A DNA stretch of 64,000 nt from an uncultured Candidatus Rokubacteria bacterium (lineage in GTDB: Bacteria > Methylomirabilota > Methylomirabilia > Rokubacteriales > CSP1-6): positions 128,001 to 192,000 of the forward strand of contig CAWBMV010000012.1 of assembly GCA_963789955.1 (NCBI GenBank). The letters run 5' to 3'. Both the position numbers and the translations under genes were made by a program. Positions 51,517 through 62,422 of this stretch are shown piece by piece (the first letter of the stretch is position 1; the number at the start of each line of letters is the position of its first letter). Below the pieces are notes generated by a model, which had not been told where the DNA came from, searched no databases, and saw only the letters and a program-made list of their open reading frames with translations.

Positions 51517-51909
51517 ATGACCACGACGGAACGGAAGTACCCGGCGCCGGCCCTCAACCCGGAGATCAAGCCGTTCTTCGACGCCGCCACGGAAGGCAAG
51601 CTCGCGCTGAAGAAGTGCGCGGCCTGTGGCCAGGCGCATCACTACCCGCGCGCGATCTGCCCGTTCTGCGCGAGCGATCGGACCGAGTGGATCACCGCCT
51701 CGGGGCGGGGAACGATCTACTCCTACAGCGTCATGCGGCGCGTGCCGGTGCCCTACGCGATCGGCTACGTGACCCTGGAAGAAGGCGTGACGATGATGAC
51801 CAACATCGTCGACTGCGATCTGGACGCGATCCGGATCGGCCAGCGGGTGAAGGTGGTCTTCAAGCCGACCGACGGCGGACCGCCGGTGCCCATGTTCACC
51901 CCGGCCTGA
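51517..51909 (+). CDS. DUF35 Zn-ribbon/OB-fold protein
   Basis: CAACG..YPRAICPFC, GRGTIYSYSV, LEEG..MMTNIV and IGQRV motifs. Confidence 0.92.
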   Translation: MTTTERKYPAPALNPEIKPFFDAATEGKLALKKCAACGQAHHYPRAICPFCASDRTEWITASGRGTIYSYSVMRRVPVPYAIGYVTLEEGVTMMTNIVDCDLDAIRIGQRVKVVFKPTDGGPPVPMFTPA

Positions 51910-51928
51910 TCGTCCGCGAGTCTCGCCG

Positions 51929-52675
51929 ATGGCGCAGCTCTACGACGCGATCGGAGTCGGCTACCAGGAGCGGCGCCGCCCCGATCCGCGTCTGGCCGCG
52001 GCCATCGCGCGCGCGCTGAATCACGCCGAGACCGTCGTGAACGTGGGAGCCGGCACCGGCTCCTACGAGCCGACGGATCGCTCGGTGGTCGCAGTCGAGC
52101 CGGCGATGACCATGATCCGCCAGCGGCGCGCCCACAGCGCGCCCGTCGTGCAGGCCTCCGCGACCGAGCTGCCGTTCCGCGACGACGGGTTCGCCGCGGC
52201 GCTGGCGATCCTCACGGTGCACCACTGGCCGGACCGAGCGCGGGGGCTCGACGAGCTCGCCCGCGTGGCGCGGCGCCGCGTCGTCGTCGTCACCTGGGAT
52301 CCGTCCGCGTCGGGCTTCTGGCTGGTCGACGACTACTTTCCCGAGATCGTCGACCTCGATCGCCGGATCTTTCCCACGGTCGAGGATTTCGGGCGCGCGT
52401 TCGGACGGGTGGACGTGCAGTCGTTCCCGATTCCGCACGACTGCATCGACGGGTTCATGGGCGCCTACTGGCGGCGGCCGCACGCGTATCTAGACGCGAG
52501 CGTGCGGGCCGCGATCTCGACGTTCGCGAAGGCCGAGCCGAGCCGGCTCGAGTCAGGTCTCGAGCGGCTTCGGCGCGATCTCGCCGACGGCACCTGGGAG
52601 CGCCGCCACGCGCATCTGCTCGAGCGCGCCGAGCTCGATCTCGGCTATCGGATCGTCATCGCCACGCGGCCCTGA
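51929..52675 (+). CDS. Class I SAM-dependent methyltransferase
   Basis: VNVGAGTGSY, AVEP, ELPF and TVHHW motifs. Confidence 0.9.
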   Translation: MAQLYDAIGVGYQERRRPDPRLAAAIARALNHAETVVNVGAGTGSYEPTDRSVVAVEPAMTMIRQRRAHSAPVVQASATELPFRDDGFAAALAILTVHHWPDRARGLDELARVARRRVVVVTWDPSASGFWLVDDYFPEIVDLDRRIFPTVEDFGRAFGRVDVQSFPIPHDCIDGFMGAYWRRPHAYLDASVRAAISTFAKAEPSRLESGLERLRRDLADGTWERRHAHLLERAELDLGYRIVIATRP

Positions 52676-52701
52676 CGGCGCTCACGGCCGTCCGGAGTAA
52701 G

Positions 52702-52735
52702 CTTCAGCAAACCTTCAGAATCCCCCCGATAGACT
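52702..52735 (+). promoter_or_regulatory. OmpR-family-type direct repeat and -10 element upstream of the RND operon
   Basis: CTTCAG-N5-CTTCAG (11-bp period, 52702-52718), then TAGACT at 52730-52735. Confidence 0.5.
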
Positions 52736-52797
52736 CCTTTCGCGCTACGCATCCCGGTCTCGATTCGATAGCTCGGCGTCGAAAGGAGTTTTCACGA

Positions 52798-54072
52798 GTG
52801 TTACGGTCGGTTCGCAGGGACCTCGCCGGGCTTTCCAGATATCGAGTCCTTTGCATGGCCTCGGTCGTCTGCGCTCCGCTCGTGAGCGGCGTCGCCTTTT
52901 CCCAGACACCGGCCACCGAGCTGACCATGGCCGACGCGGTACGTCTCGCGTCCCGTGACAATCCGACCTTGCGCGCCAAGCAGCTGGAGCTTCGGACCGC
53001 CAAGGCCAACGAGGTGACGGCCGGCCTCCGGCCGAACCCGACGGCCAGCTACGTCGCAGAACAATTGGGTGGAGGCGCGGCGGAGCAGCAGCAGACGGTC
53101 ACGCTGAGCCAGCCGTTCGAGCTCGGCGGCAAGCGCCAGCGTCGCCTCGATAGCGCGCGCGCCGCGACACGCGTCACGACCGAAGAGATCGGAGACCTCC
53201 AGCGCCAGACGACCCTTGAGGTGAAAAAGGCCTTCGTCGACGTGCTCGTGGCCCAATCGACCCTGGCTCTCGCCGAGGCGAATTTGCACACCGTGGACGA
53301 GATCGAACGCCTGCAGCGTCTCCGCGTCGAGAAAGGCGACATCTCTGCGCTCGAGCTGACCCGCATCCAGGTGCAACGGTATGCCTTCGAGCGGGACGCC
53401 ACCGACGCCCGGCAGGCGATCGCCGCCGCCAGGATCAAGCTGCGGACGCTCACCGGTGCCGACGCCGTCGGTGCCGAGTTCACGGTCGTCGGTGACCTCG
53501 CCTACCAGGACGTGCGTGTCGAGCGTGCCGAGCTCGTGCGCGCCGCGCTGGACGCGCGCCCTGATCTGCGCGCGGCGGAAGCGGGCCGCGACAAGGCGCG
53601 AGCCGACCAGGCCCTGGCGCGCGCGAACGCCTGGTGGGATGTGAGCCCGCAGGTGGAATATCAGCGCATCGGCCCTGACAACCGATTCGGCTTTGGATTC
53701 AGTGTTCCGATCCGCATCTTCGATCGTAACCAGGGGGAGATCACGCGTACCGGCGTCGAGATCGAGCGCGCCGATGCGCTACGCCAGGCGGCCGCCTTGC
53801 AGGTCATCAGCGATGTCGACACGGCGCTCTCGATCGTCGAAACCGAGCGAAGGAAGGTCGGCCTGTTGCAGGACTTCTATCTGGCGAAGGCCCGGAACGC
53901 GCGGGACACGATCGAGTTCGCCTACCGGCGCGGTGGCGTCGCGTTGCTGGAGTTCCTGGACGCCCAACGGACCTATCGGGAGACGGCGGTCGAGCACCTC
54001 CGGGCGTTGGGGAATTACTGGGGCGCCCTCTATCAGCTCGAGGCCGCCGTCGGCCGACCGCTGGAGAACTGA
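52798..54072 (+). CDS. TolC/CzcC-like outer membrane efflux protein (start uncertain, possibly 52855)
   Basis: AGLRPNP, ELGGKRQRR, RPDLRAA, IFDRNQG and LLEFLDAQR motifs. Confidence 0.88.
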   Translation: MLRSVRRDLAGLSRYRVLCMASVVCAPLVSGVAFSQTPATELTMADAVRLASRDNPTLRAKQLELRTAKANEVTAGLRPNPTASYVAEQLGGGAAEQQQTVTLSQPFELGGKRQRRLDSARAATRVTTEEIGDLQRQTTLEVKKAFVDVLVAQSTLALAEANLHTVDEIERLQRLRVEKGDISALELTRIQVQRYAFERDATDARQAIAAARIKLRTLTGADAVGAEFTVVGDLAYQDVRVERAELVRAALDARPDLRAAEAGRDKARADQALARANAWWDVSPQVEYQRIGPDNRFGFGFSVPIRIFDRNQGEITRTGVEIERADALRQAAALQVISDVDTALSIVETERRKVGLLQDFYLAKARNARDTIEFAYRRGGVALLEFLDAQRTYRETAVEHLRALGNYWGALYQLEAAVGRPLEN

Positions 54073-54073
54073 G

Positions 54074-55279
54074 ATGCTCCGTGGTCGCGTCGAGTGTGTC
54101 GGCCTGGCCGTGTTGATTCTGGCGTGCGGTCTCGGGCTCGCCGGATGCGGTCGCGCGGAGGACGCCGGCCCGGCCGCCGCGCCGTCACCCCCTCGGCTCT
54201 CGTCCCCGACTGCATCCTCGGCGTCGATCGCTTCGGAGGTCCTCGTGCCGCCGGACTCGCCGCAGGCCGCGCAGCTCAAGATCGAGCCCATCCGGGTACG
54301 TGAGATCGCGGTCGATGAGGTCACCGCGCCGGGGCGCGTCGGGATCGATCCCAACCGGAGCGCTCGCTTGCTGCTCCCCGTCGCAGGACGGGTCGTCGTC
54401 GTCCTGGCGAAAGTGGGTGACGCCGTCGAGCAGGGGCAGCCGGTGCTGTCCGTCGACAGCCCGGACGCCGACGCCGCGATCGCCGGCGCCATCCAGACCG
54501 AGGCCGCCGAGCGCCAGGCCCAGGCGGCGTTGACCAAGTCCGACGCGGATCTCGCGCGGACGACAGAGCTCTTCGAGCACCAGGCGGTCGCCCAGAAGGA
54601 CATGCTGGCGGCGCAGAACGACCAGGCGCAAGCCCGGGCCGCGCTCGAGACGGCGCGTGCCGCACGGTACCAGGCCAGGCGCAAGCTGGAGCTCCTCGAC
54701 CTCAAGCCCTCGGGTGAGGGTCGACAGATCGTCCGGGTGCGAGCGCCGATCAGCGGCAAGGTGCTCGAGGTCAACGTGGCGCCCGGGGAGTATCGCAACG
54801 ACACCGAAACGCCGTTGATGACGATCGCCGACCTGAGCAGGGTGTGGGTATCCTCGGAAGTGCCGAAGGCGGCGATCCGGCTCATCCGGGTCGGAGAACG
54901 CGTGACGATCACGATGGTCGCGTACCCCGGCGAAGAGTTCGACGGGCGGGTGGCACGCATCGCGGACGTGCTCGACCCGCAGACGCGAACGGTGAAGGTG
55001 CACGTCGACATGGCGAACCCTCGAGGCCGCTTCCGGCCCGAGATGTACGCCACCATGCGCCACGCGGGCGCTTCGCGACAGACCCCGGTGATTCCGGTCG
55101 GCGGCGATCGTGCAGGAAGACGGCAGCGCCATCGTGTTTCTCGAGCGAGCACCCGGCCGCTTCGCGCGGCGTGAAGTCGCCGTGGGCCGAGCGCGGGTGA
55201 CGTGTTGCCCGTCCTCTCGGGGGTGCAGGCCGGCGACCGCATCGTGGTGGACGGCGGCGTGCTGCTGAAGGACCGCTGA
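54074..55279 (+). CDS. RND efflux periplasmic adaptor (CzcB-like); frameshifts near 55100 and 55195
   Basis: Lipobox-like LAGC; GDAVEQGQP, RAPISG, IADLSRVWV, DPQTRT and RPEMY motifs. Confidence 0.88.
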
Positions 55280-55288
55280 GCCGTTGCC

Positions 55289-58200
55289 GTGCTGAGTCGC
55301 CTGCTCGAGCTCGCGCTGGCTCGTCGGGTGCGTCGTGGTCGCGTCCGGGCTGATCGTCGTGGTCGCCGGCGTCTGGGCGTTCCGCCAGCTGAAGCTCGAG
55401 GCCTACCCGGACATCTCGGATACGGGCGTCGTCGTGATCACGCCGTATCCGGGATTCGCCGCCGAGGAGGTGGAGCAGCAGGTCACGGTGCCGATCGAGC
55501 GCGCGCTCAACAACACGCCGAACGTGATCGCGCGGCGATCGCGCACGATCTTCGGCCTCTCGGTCGTCGAGTTGACCTTCGCGGACGGCACCGACGATTA
55601 CTTCGCCCGCCAGGTGGTGCTCGAGCATCTTCGCGACGCCGAGCTTCCCGATGGCGTCACGCCGACGCTCGGGCCGCTGTCCACGGGCATCGGCGAGTTG
55701 TATCGCTACATCCTGGACGGCACCGGCTACGATGCCATGCAGCTGCGGGAGATCCAGGACTGGGTCATCACCCCGCGGCTGCTTCAGGTCCCGGGCGTCG
55801 CCGATGTCGTCGACCTTCGGCGGACTGGTCAGGCAGTACCAGATCGAGATCGATCCTCGAGCGCTCGACAAGTATCAAGCCTGAGCGTCGCGCCAGATCG
55901 CCGACGCCGTGAAGAGCAACAATCGCAACGCCGGGGCGCGCTGCTCGACAGTGGGCCAGCAGTCGCTTGCCGATCCGCGGCGTCGGCCTGATCCGATCGA
56001 TCGAGCGACATCGAGCAACATCGTGCTCGACGCGCCCAAGGGCGTGCCGATCTTCGTCCGCGACATCGGCGCGAGTCAAGATCGGCGCCGCTGCCGCAGA
56101 CCGGAATCTTCGGCGTCGACGATCAGACCGACCGGGGTCGGCGGCGTCGAGGGCATCGTCCTGATGCGGCGCTGGGAGAACCCGAGCGAGGTGCTGGAAG
56201 CGCGTTCACGACGCCGTCGACGAGCTCAACGCGACCCGGCTGCCGCCGGGCGTCCGCATCGTGCCGATCTACGACCGTACGGACCTGGTGCACAACACGC
56301 TGCACACGGTGTCGCGGGCGCTGCTCGAAGGCTTCGTGATCGTGGTGACGGTGCTGCTGCTGTTCCTGGTCAGCGTGCGCGCGGCGCTGCTCACGGCTCT
56401 GATCATCCCGCTGTCGCTGCTGTTCGCCTTCGTCTGCATGCATGCGACCGGCGTATCGCTGAACCTGCTGAGCCTCGGCGCGCTCGACTTCGGCATCATC
56501 GTGGACGGCACGATCGTGATGGTCGAGCGCATCATGCATGCACTCGCTCGGCGCCGAGCGGGCGAGGGCTCCAGCGGCGAGTCTCGATCGAGACGATCCG
56601 CGACGCGGCGCTCGCGAAGTCCAGCGCCCGATCTTCTTCTCGCTGCTGATCATCATCGCGGCGTACATCCCGCTGTTCACCCTGGAGCGCGTCGAGCGGC
56701 GCCTGTTCACGCCGATGGCGTATGACGGTGTGCTTCGCGCTGCTGGGCTCGCTGCTCCTGACGCTGACGCTGGTCCCTGCGCGTCGCGACTATTCTTCCG
56801 CACGGGGCAAGCACCGGCAGAACCCGCGCTGCGTCATGGATTGGCTCAACGCGCGCTACGCCGCGGTTCGTGGCGCAGACGGTCCGCCACGCCCGGATCA
56901 CCGTGGCGGTGGTCGTCGCCCTGGTCGTCGGCGCGCTGTCGGGCTCGGAACGCGCCTGGGCACGGAGTTCCTGCCGCAGCTCGACGAAGGCGTCATCTGG
57001 ATCCGCGCGAATCTGCCGCCCGGAATCTCGCTGGCGAAATCCGCCGCGGTCGCGGCGACCGATGCGTCGCGCTGATCCGCCAGTCGCCGGAAGTGACAGA
57101 TGGTCATGTCGCAGACGGGCCGCAACGATTCCGGCACCGATCCGTTCGGACCCAATCGCAACGAGTTCCTCGTCGAGCTCAAGCCCTACGACACGTGGCC
57201 TCGCGGCAAGACGAAGGCGGACCTGGTCGACGAGCTGTCGCGCCGCTTGCAGGCGGAGATCCCGGGCGCCACGTTCAACTTCACGCAGCCCATCATCGAC
57301 ACGTCGACGGAGATCGCCACCGGCTCCTCGGCCGACCTGGCCGTCATCATCAGCGGCCCCGACCTCCGTCAGCTGCGCGGCGCTTGCCACCGAAGCGCTC
57401 GACGGTGCTTGCGGCCGATCCGCGGCGCGGCCGACACGTCGATCGAGCAGGAGGCCGACCAGGCGCAGCTCCGCATCGCGGTGAACCGCTGCAAGGTCGC
57501 GCGCTATGGCATCAACGTCAGCGACGTGCAGGATGTCATCGACCTGGCGCTCGGCGGGAGCCCCATCACCGAGTCTTCGAGGGCGAGCGGCGCTTCGATC
57601 GTGGTCGCGCGATTCGCTCCTGAGGCGCGCGCCGACGCGTCATCGATCGGGGCGCTCTTGATTCCCACGCGCGATGGCGGGCGCGTGCCGCTCGCGCAGC
57701 TCGCCGACATCACGGTCGCCGACGGCGCCACGATCATCGCCCGCCGGGAGAACGAGCGGCAGATCACGGTCCGCACCAACATCCGGGGCCGCGATCAGGG
57801 CGGCTTCGTCGCGCGAGGCGCAGGCCAGGTTCGCGGAGACGGTGAAGCTGCCCGCCGGGCTATCGCGTGAGCTGGGGCGGGCAGTTCGAGAACCTGGAGC
57901 GGGCGCGGCAGCGGCTGGCGGTCATCATTCCCATCACGATCGGCATCATCTTCGTGCTGCTGTTCGTCACGTTCGGGTCCGCGTTCGACGCCACGCTGGT
58001 GCTGCTGAACGTGCCGTTCTCACTGGTCGGAGGCCTGGTCGGCCTCTACCTGCGCGACATCAATCTCAGCGTGTCGGCCGCGGTCGGCTTCATTTCGCTG
58101 TTCGGCGTCGCCGTCATGAGCGGCGTGCTCTACATCTCCGAGATCAACCGCCGCCGCCTCGAGCTGGACGTCTCGCTCACCGACGCAGTCGTCGACGGCG

Positions 58201-58406
58201 CCCGCACGCAATTCAGGCCGATCCTGATGCTGATCCTCGTCGCGATGCTCGGCATGATTCCGGCGGCGCTCGCCCGCGGCATCGGCTCCGACATCCAGCG
58301 CCCGCTGGCCACCGTGGTGGTGGGCGGGCTACTCTCGACCCTGTTCCTCACGCTCGTCGCGCTGCCGGCGATCTACCGACTCACCGACAGGCTCCGCAGA
58401 GCTTGA
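55289..58406 (+). CDS. czcA: CusA/CzcA family heavy-metal RND transporter (CzcA-type), many frameshifts
   Basis: EAYPDI, EEVEQQVTVPIE, LSLGALDFGIIVDG, TEFLPQLDEG, WGGQFENL, GFISLFGVAV and GSDIQRPLATVVVGG motifs. Confidence 0.85.
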
Positions 58407-58422
58407 GGGTCGCGCCGGCCGG

Positions 58423-59835
58423 TCAGGACGAGACAGGAAATCGCACGCGGAACGTCGCGCCGCGGCCGCCGGCGCTCTCGACGGAGAGCTGGCCGCCGTG
58501 GTTTTCGACGACAGTCCGAGAGATCGCCAGCCCCAGCCCGAATCCGCGTGTGTCCTTGGCTCGAGCCGCGCGCCCGCGATAGAAGCGCTCGAACACGTGG
58601 GGAAGCTCGTCGGCCGGGATGCCAGGGCCTGCGTCGGACACGGCGACCACGACCTCCGCGCCTTCGGCCGCGGCGTCGACGATGACCTGGCCGCCTGGCG
58701 CCGAGAACTTCACGGCGTTGTCGAGCACGTTGGCGAAGACCAGGTCGGCCAGGCCCTCCGCGCATCGAATGGACAGCGAGAGCGCCGGCGACGGATGCAC
58801 GGCGATCGTGACGCGCCGCCGCTCGGCCTCCGCGGCGAGCCGCCGGACGACGCCGTCGAGCAGAGGGCCGAGCGGGACGATGCCCGAGGCGGCGACCCGA
58901 CCCTGCTCGGCGTCCAGCCGGGCCAGGGTCAACAGCTCTCTCGTCAGGATCGACAGTCGTTCGACCTTGTCGAGGCAGGAGCGCAAGGTGTCCTCGTACT
59001 CGGCGGTATCGCGGTGGCGCCGCAGCGTCACCTCGATCTCGGTCCGCAGGCGCGAGAGCGGCGACTGGAGCTCGTGCGCCGCATCGGCCGTGAAGCGCCG
59101 CTGGATCTCGAAGCTTTCCTCGATCCGGCCGAGCATCTCGTTGAGGGTGTCGACGAGCCGCCCGATCTCGTCCTGCTGTCCCGGACGAGGAAGCCGCTCT
59201 GCGAGGCTTCCTTCCCCGATCTCGCGGGCCCGGCTGACGATGCGGTCGATCGGGCGAAGGGCACGTCGAGTCAGCAGCACCCCGATCAAACCGACCCCGA
59301 CCAGGATGCAGACGGCCATCGCCGTGAACAGGAGCCGCGCCGAATGAAGGACGGCGTACGCGTCGTCGAGCGACATGGCGACCTGCACGGCATAGTGGCC
59401 ACCAGGCGCGCGGACGGGCAGGGACACCATCCGGACGGGCTCTTCGCCGAAGTCGTCGATCGTCTCGAACACCGGCGCGCCGTCCTGGAGCCGGGCCAGC
59501 AGGTCCGGCTTCGTGGGCAGGCGCGCGTTCCCCAGGGTCACGCTGCGCGCGAGCACCTCGCCGTCCATGCGCACGATCTGGACAAACTTGTCGAGCCGCA
59601 CGAAGGAGGGCGCCGCCGTCCCGGGGGCCATCTCGTGAACGCGCGGGGCCAGGCTGGGCGCCTGGAGTAGCGCTGCCGCTTCGGCCTCGGCCAGGGCCAG
59701 GATCGCGTCGTCGATGGTCTGACTCAGCACGGCGCGCGACAGCGCCCAGTGGGCCGCCAGAGCGGTTCCGGCGAGGACGAGCATCACGGCGGCCAGATGC
59801 CCGAGTGTCAGTCGTGCCTTGAAGCTGAGCGTCAT
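58423..59835 (-). CDS. HAMP-domain sensor histidine kinase (CusS/CzcS-like)
   Basis: Two TM helices, DEIGRL, FTADAAHELQSPL, NVLDNAVKF, DAGPGI and GFGLGL. Overlaps the regulator as TGATG. Confidence 0.92.
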   Translation of the reverse strand: MTLSFKARLTLGHLAAVMLVLAGTALAAHWALSRAVLSQTIDDAILALAEAEAAALLQAPSLAPRVHEMAPGTAAPSFVRLDKFVQIVRMDGEVLARSVTLGNARLPTKPDLLARLQDGAPVFETIDDFGEEPVRMVSLPVRAPGGHYAVQVAMSLDDAYAVLHSARLLFTAMAVCILVGVGLIGVLLTRRALRPIDRIVSRAREIGEGSLAERLPRPGQQDEIGRLVDTLNEMLGRIEESFEIQRRFTADAAHELQSPLSRLRTEIEVTLRRHRDTAEYEDTLRSCLDKVERLSILTRELLTLARLDAEQGRVAASGIVPLGPLLDGVVRRLAAEAERRRVTIAVHPSPALSLSIRCAEGLADLVFANVLDNAVKFSAPGGQVIVDAAAEGAEVVVAVSDAGPGIPADELPHVFERFYRGRAARAKDTRGFGLGLAISRTVVENHGGQLSVESAGGRGATFRVRFPVSS

Positions 59836-60512
59836 CAGCGGGGCGGTGGTCCCAGCCGATAGCCACGTCCTCGCACGGTGTGGATGAGCGGCGTCACGGC
59901 GCCGTGGTCGACCTTCCTTCGCAAGTGGCTCACGTGGACGTCGACCAGATTCATCAGGGAGTCGCGCTCGTCCTCCCATACGTGCTCGCCGAGGTAGATG
60001 CGGCTCACGACTTCACCGGCGTGACGCATCAACGTCTCGAGGATCGCGTACTCCTTGGGCGTGAGGCTGAGCGGGACGCCGCCGCGCACGACTTGATGGC
60101 TGCGAGGATCGAGCGTCAGGTCCTCGACCGTCAGGAGGACGGGGCGGGTGAGCTCGGAGCGTCGGAGCAGGGCGTGGAGGCGTGCGAGCAGCTCGGCAAA
60201 GGCAAAGGGCTTGGTGAGATAGTCGTCGGCGCCGGCATTCAGACCGATCACGCGGTCCTCGATACCGTCGCGGGCCGTCAGGATCAGGATCGGAGCGTGG
60301 AGGCCGTTCTCGCGCAGGCTGCGGCAGATCGCGACACCGTCTCGATCGGGAAGCATCCAGTCGAGCACGATGGCGTCGTAGGTATTCACACTCGCCATCT
60401 CGTCGCCGGCCTCGCCCGAGGGGGCGATGTCGACCACCCACCCTTCCTCGCGCAGACCTTTGGCGAGCAGCCGGGCCGCTTCCTGGTCGTCCTCGATCAG
60501 GAGAACGCGCAT
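59835..60512 (-). CDS. OmpR-family response regulator (CusR/CzcR-like)
   Basis: LLIEDD, LDWMLP, GADDYLTKPF, LTPKEY and IHTVRGRGY motifs. Confidence 0.93.
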   Translation of the reverse strand: MRVLLIEDDQEAARLLAKGLREEGWVVDIAPSGEAGDEMASVNTYDAIVLDWMLPDRDGVAICRSLRENGLHAPILILTARDGIEDRVIGLNAGADDYLTKPFAFAELLARLHALLRRSELTRPVLLTVEDLTLDPRSHQVVRGGVPLSLTPKEYAILETLMRHAGEVVSRIYLGEHVWEDERDSLMNLVDVHVSHLRRKVDHGAVTPLIHTVRGRGYRLGPPPR

Positions 60513-60575
60513 CAGAACAAGATCTCGCCCGATGTCGGTGACCGACCCGGCGATTTCCAGCCGCGCCGACGTGCT

Positions 60576-61637
60576 TCAGGCGCAGGCGACCGCGTAGACG
60601 TCCTTCACCGCCTCCGGCAGGCGCCATTCCTTCCAGCTCTTGCCGCCGTCGCGCGTGCCGAAGATCTGGCCCTGCCGCGCCACGCTGTAGATCTGGTTGG
60701 GGTCGCGAGGATGCAGCGCCAGCGCCATCATCGTGCTCTCGGCCTTGATGCCGTGATCGATGCGGCGCCAGCTCTGTCCGAGATCGTCGCTCTGATAGAG
60801 CGAGCCGTCCGTGCTGCGCGCCGCGGGACTCAGCGCGGCCACCAGGGTTCTCGCGTTGTGCGGCGAGACCTGCACGTCGCGCGCGTAGGTCAGCGGCGAG
60901 AAGCGGCCGATCTCCATGTCCTGCCACGTCGTGCCGCGGTCCGCGCTGCGGAAGAGACCCATGCGCACGGCGAGGAACACGGTGCCCGGCTGCGCGCTCG
61001 ACACCGTCAGCGCGTGCGTGTCGAGCATGCCCTCGTTCTCGGTGTCGCTCGCGATACGGCTCTTGAGGTGCGGCCGCGCGGCGAGCTTCACGAGGTCGTC
61101 GCCCACGTCTTCCCACGTCTCGCCGCGGTCACGGCTGCGCAGGACGCCATCGACCTCGAGCCCCGCGTAGATCTCGTCCGGGCTCGACGGGTCGATCGCC
61201 AGGCGCGTGACGCGACACGGGAAGTTCATCTTCACGCGGCCCGGCGAGGCCACGCGCGGGAGCTTGCGCCAGCTGTCGCCGCCGTTGTCGCTCCGGTAGA
61301 CCGCCACCGGCGAGGTGCCGAGATACATCGTCCGGGGATCGCGCGGGTGAATCAGGATGGACCACACCTCGAGCCCCTGGTCGGGGAAGGGGAGCTTCTC
61401 CCAGCTCTCGCCGCCGTCGCGGCTCCGGTAGGGGCCGTCCTGGGAGCCGGCGAAGATCAGGCTCGAATCAGCCGGATGGACGGTGATCGCCTGGGTGTCC
61501 ATGCGCTCCGGGAGCCCCTTGGTGAGCCGTTCCCACTGATCGCTGCCCACGGTTTGCCGGAAAATCCCCGAGAGGGCTCCCGGAATGCGCGCCGCGGTGC
61601 CGACGTAAACGTGCGAGGTTCCTGACGGGTTCGCCAT
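60576..61637 (-). CDS. BNR/Asp-box repeat beta-propeller protein
   Basis: Repeated SxDGGxSW Asp-boxes (SRDGGESW, SDNGGDSW, SRDRGETW, SADRGTTW, SDDLGQSW, TRDGGKSW). No signal peptide; GGAGG RBS. Confidence 0.85.
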   Translation of the reverse strand: MANPSGTSHVYVGTAARIPGALSGIFRQTVGSDQWERLTKGLPERMDTQAITVHPADSSLIFAGSQDGPYRSRDGGESWEKLPFPDQGLEVWSILIHPRDPRTMYLGTSPVAVYRSDNGGDSWRKLPRVASPGRVKMNFPCRVTRLAIDPSSPDEIYAGLEVDGVLRSRDRGETWEDVGDDLVKLAARPHLKSRIASDTENEGMLDTHALTVSSAQPGTVFLAVRMGLFRSADRGTTWQDMEIGRFSPLTYARDVQVSPHNARTLVAALSPAARSTDGSLYQSDDLGQSWRRIDHGIKAESTMMALALHPRDPNQIYSVARQGQIFGTRDGGKSWKEWRLPEAVKDVYAVACA

Positions 61638-61794
61638 CGCCGACCTCCAGGTGGATAGGCAGTTCGTGGCCCAGACTGTACCACTCGCGCGGCGAGCAGG
61701 GAAAACCAGTTGACGGGGCCTACGCTCCGGGCTTAATGAAGGCCCTACCCGCGCTGTGCGGGAGCCAACTCTCACCCGTCGAAAGGAGTCGCAC

Positions 61795-62412
61795 GTGATT
61801 TACGAGATCCGCACCTACCAGATCGCTCCAGGCAGCCTCGCCGAGGTCGAGAAGCGTTTCGGCGACGCCTACGAGTACCGCAAGAAATACTCCGAGCTCA
61901 CGGCGTTCCTGCACACCGAGGTCGGACCGCTCAACGAGATCGTCCACATCTGGGGGTACAAGGATCTCGCCGATCGCGCGCGCGTTCGCGGCGAGGCCTC
62001 GAAGGAGGCGAACTGGCCGCCGAAGATCCAGGAGTTCATTCGTCAGATGCGCTCCGAGATCGTCGTGCCGTTCTCGTTCATTCCCGAGCCGCGTCCCGGA
62101 AAGCTGGGCCCGGTGTACGAGCTTCGCTACTACACCCTGAAGCCCGGCACTCTGCCCGACACGGCGAAGGGCTGGGAGTCGAAGATCGGCGAGCGCTCGA
62201 AGCTCTCCCCGATCGTGTTCGCCGGCGGCGTGGAATTCGGCCGCGCGAACGGGTTCGTGCACATCTGGGCGTACTCGAGCATGGATAACCGGATGCAGGT
62301 GCGCGACGAGGCCAGGAAGAAGGGCGTGTGGCCGCCGCCGGGTGGTGGCGACCGGCTCCTCACGCAGGAAAACAAGATCCTCCTGCCGTCCGCTTTCTCG
62401 CCGCTGCAGTAG
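61795..62412 (+). CDS. NIPSNAP family protein (tandem domains)
   Basis: IYEIRTY..VHIWGY and VYELRYY..VHIWAY..LLPSAFSPLQ. Confidence 0.92.
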   Translation: MIYEIRTYQIAPGSLAEVEKRFGDAYEYRKKYSELTAFLHTEVGPLNEIVHIWGYKDLADRARVRGEASKEANWPPKIQEFIRQMRSEIVVPFSFIPEPRPGKLGPVYELRYYTLKPGTLPDTAKGWESKIGERSKLSPIVFAGGVEFGRANGFVHIWAYSSMDNRMQVRDEARKKGVWPPPGGGDRLLTQENKILLPSAFSPLQ

Positions 62413-62422
62413 AGAAGACTTC

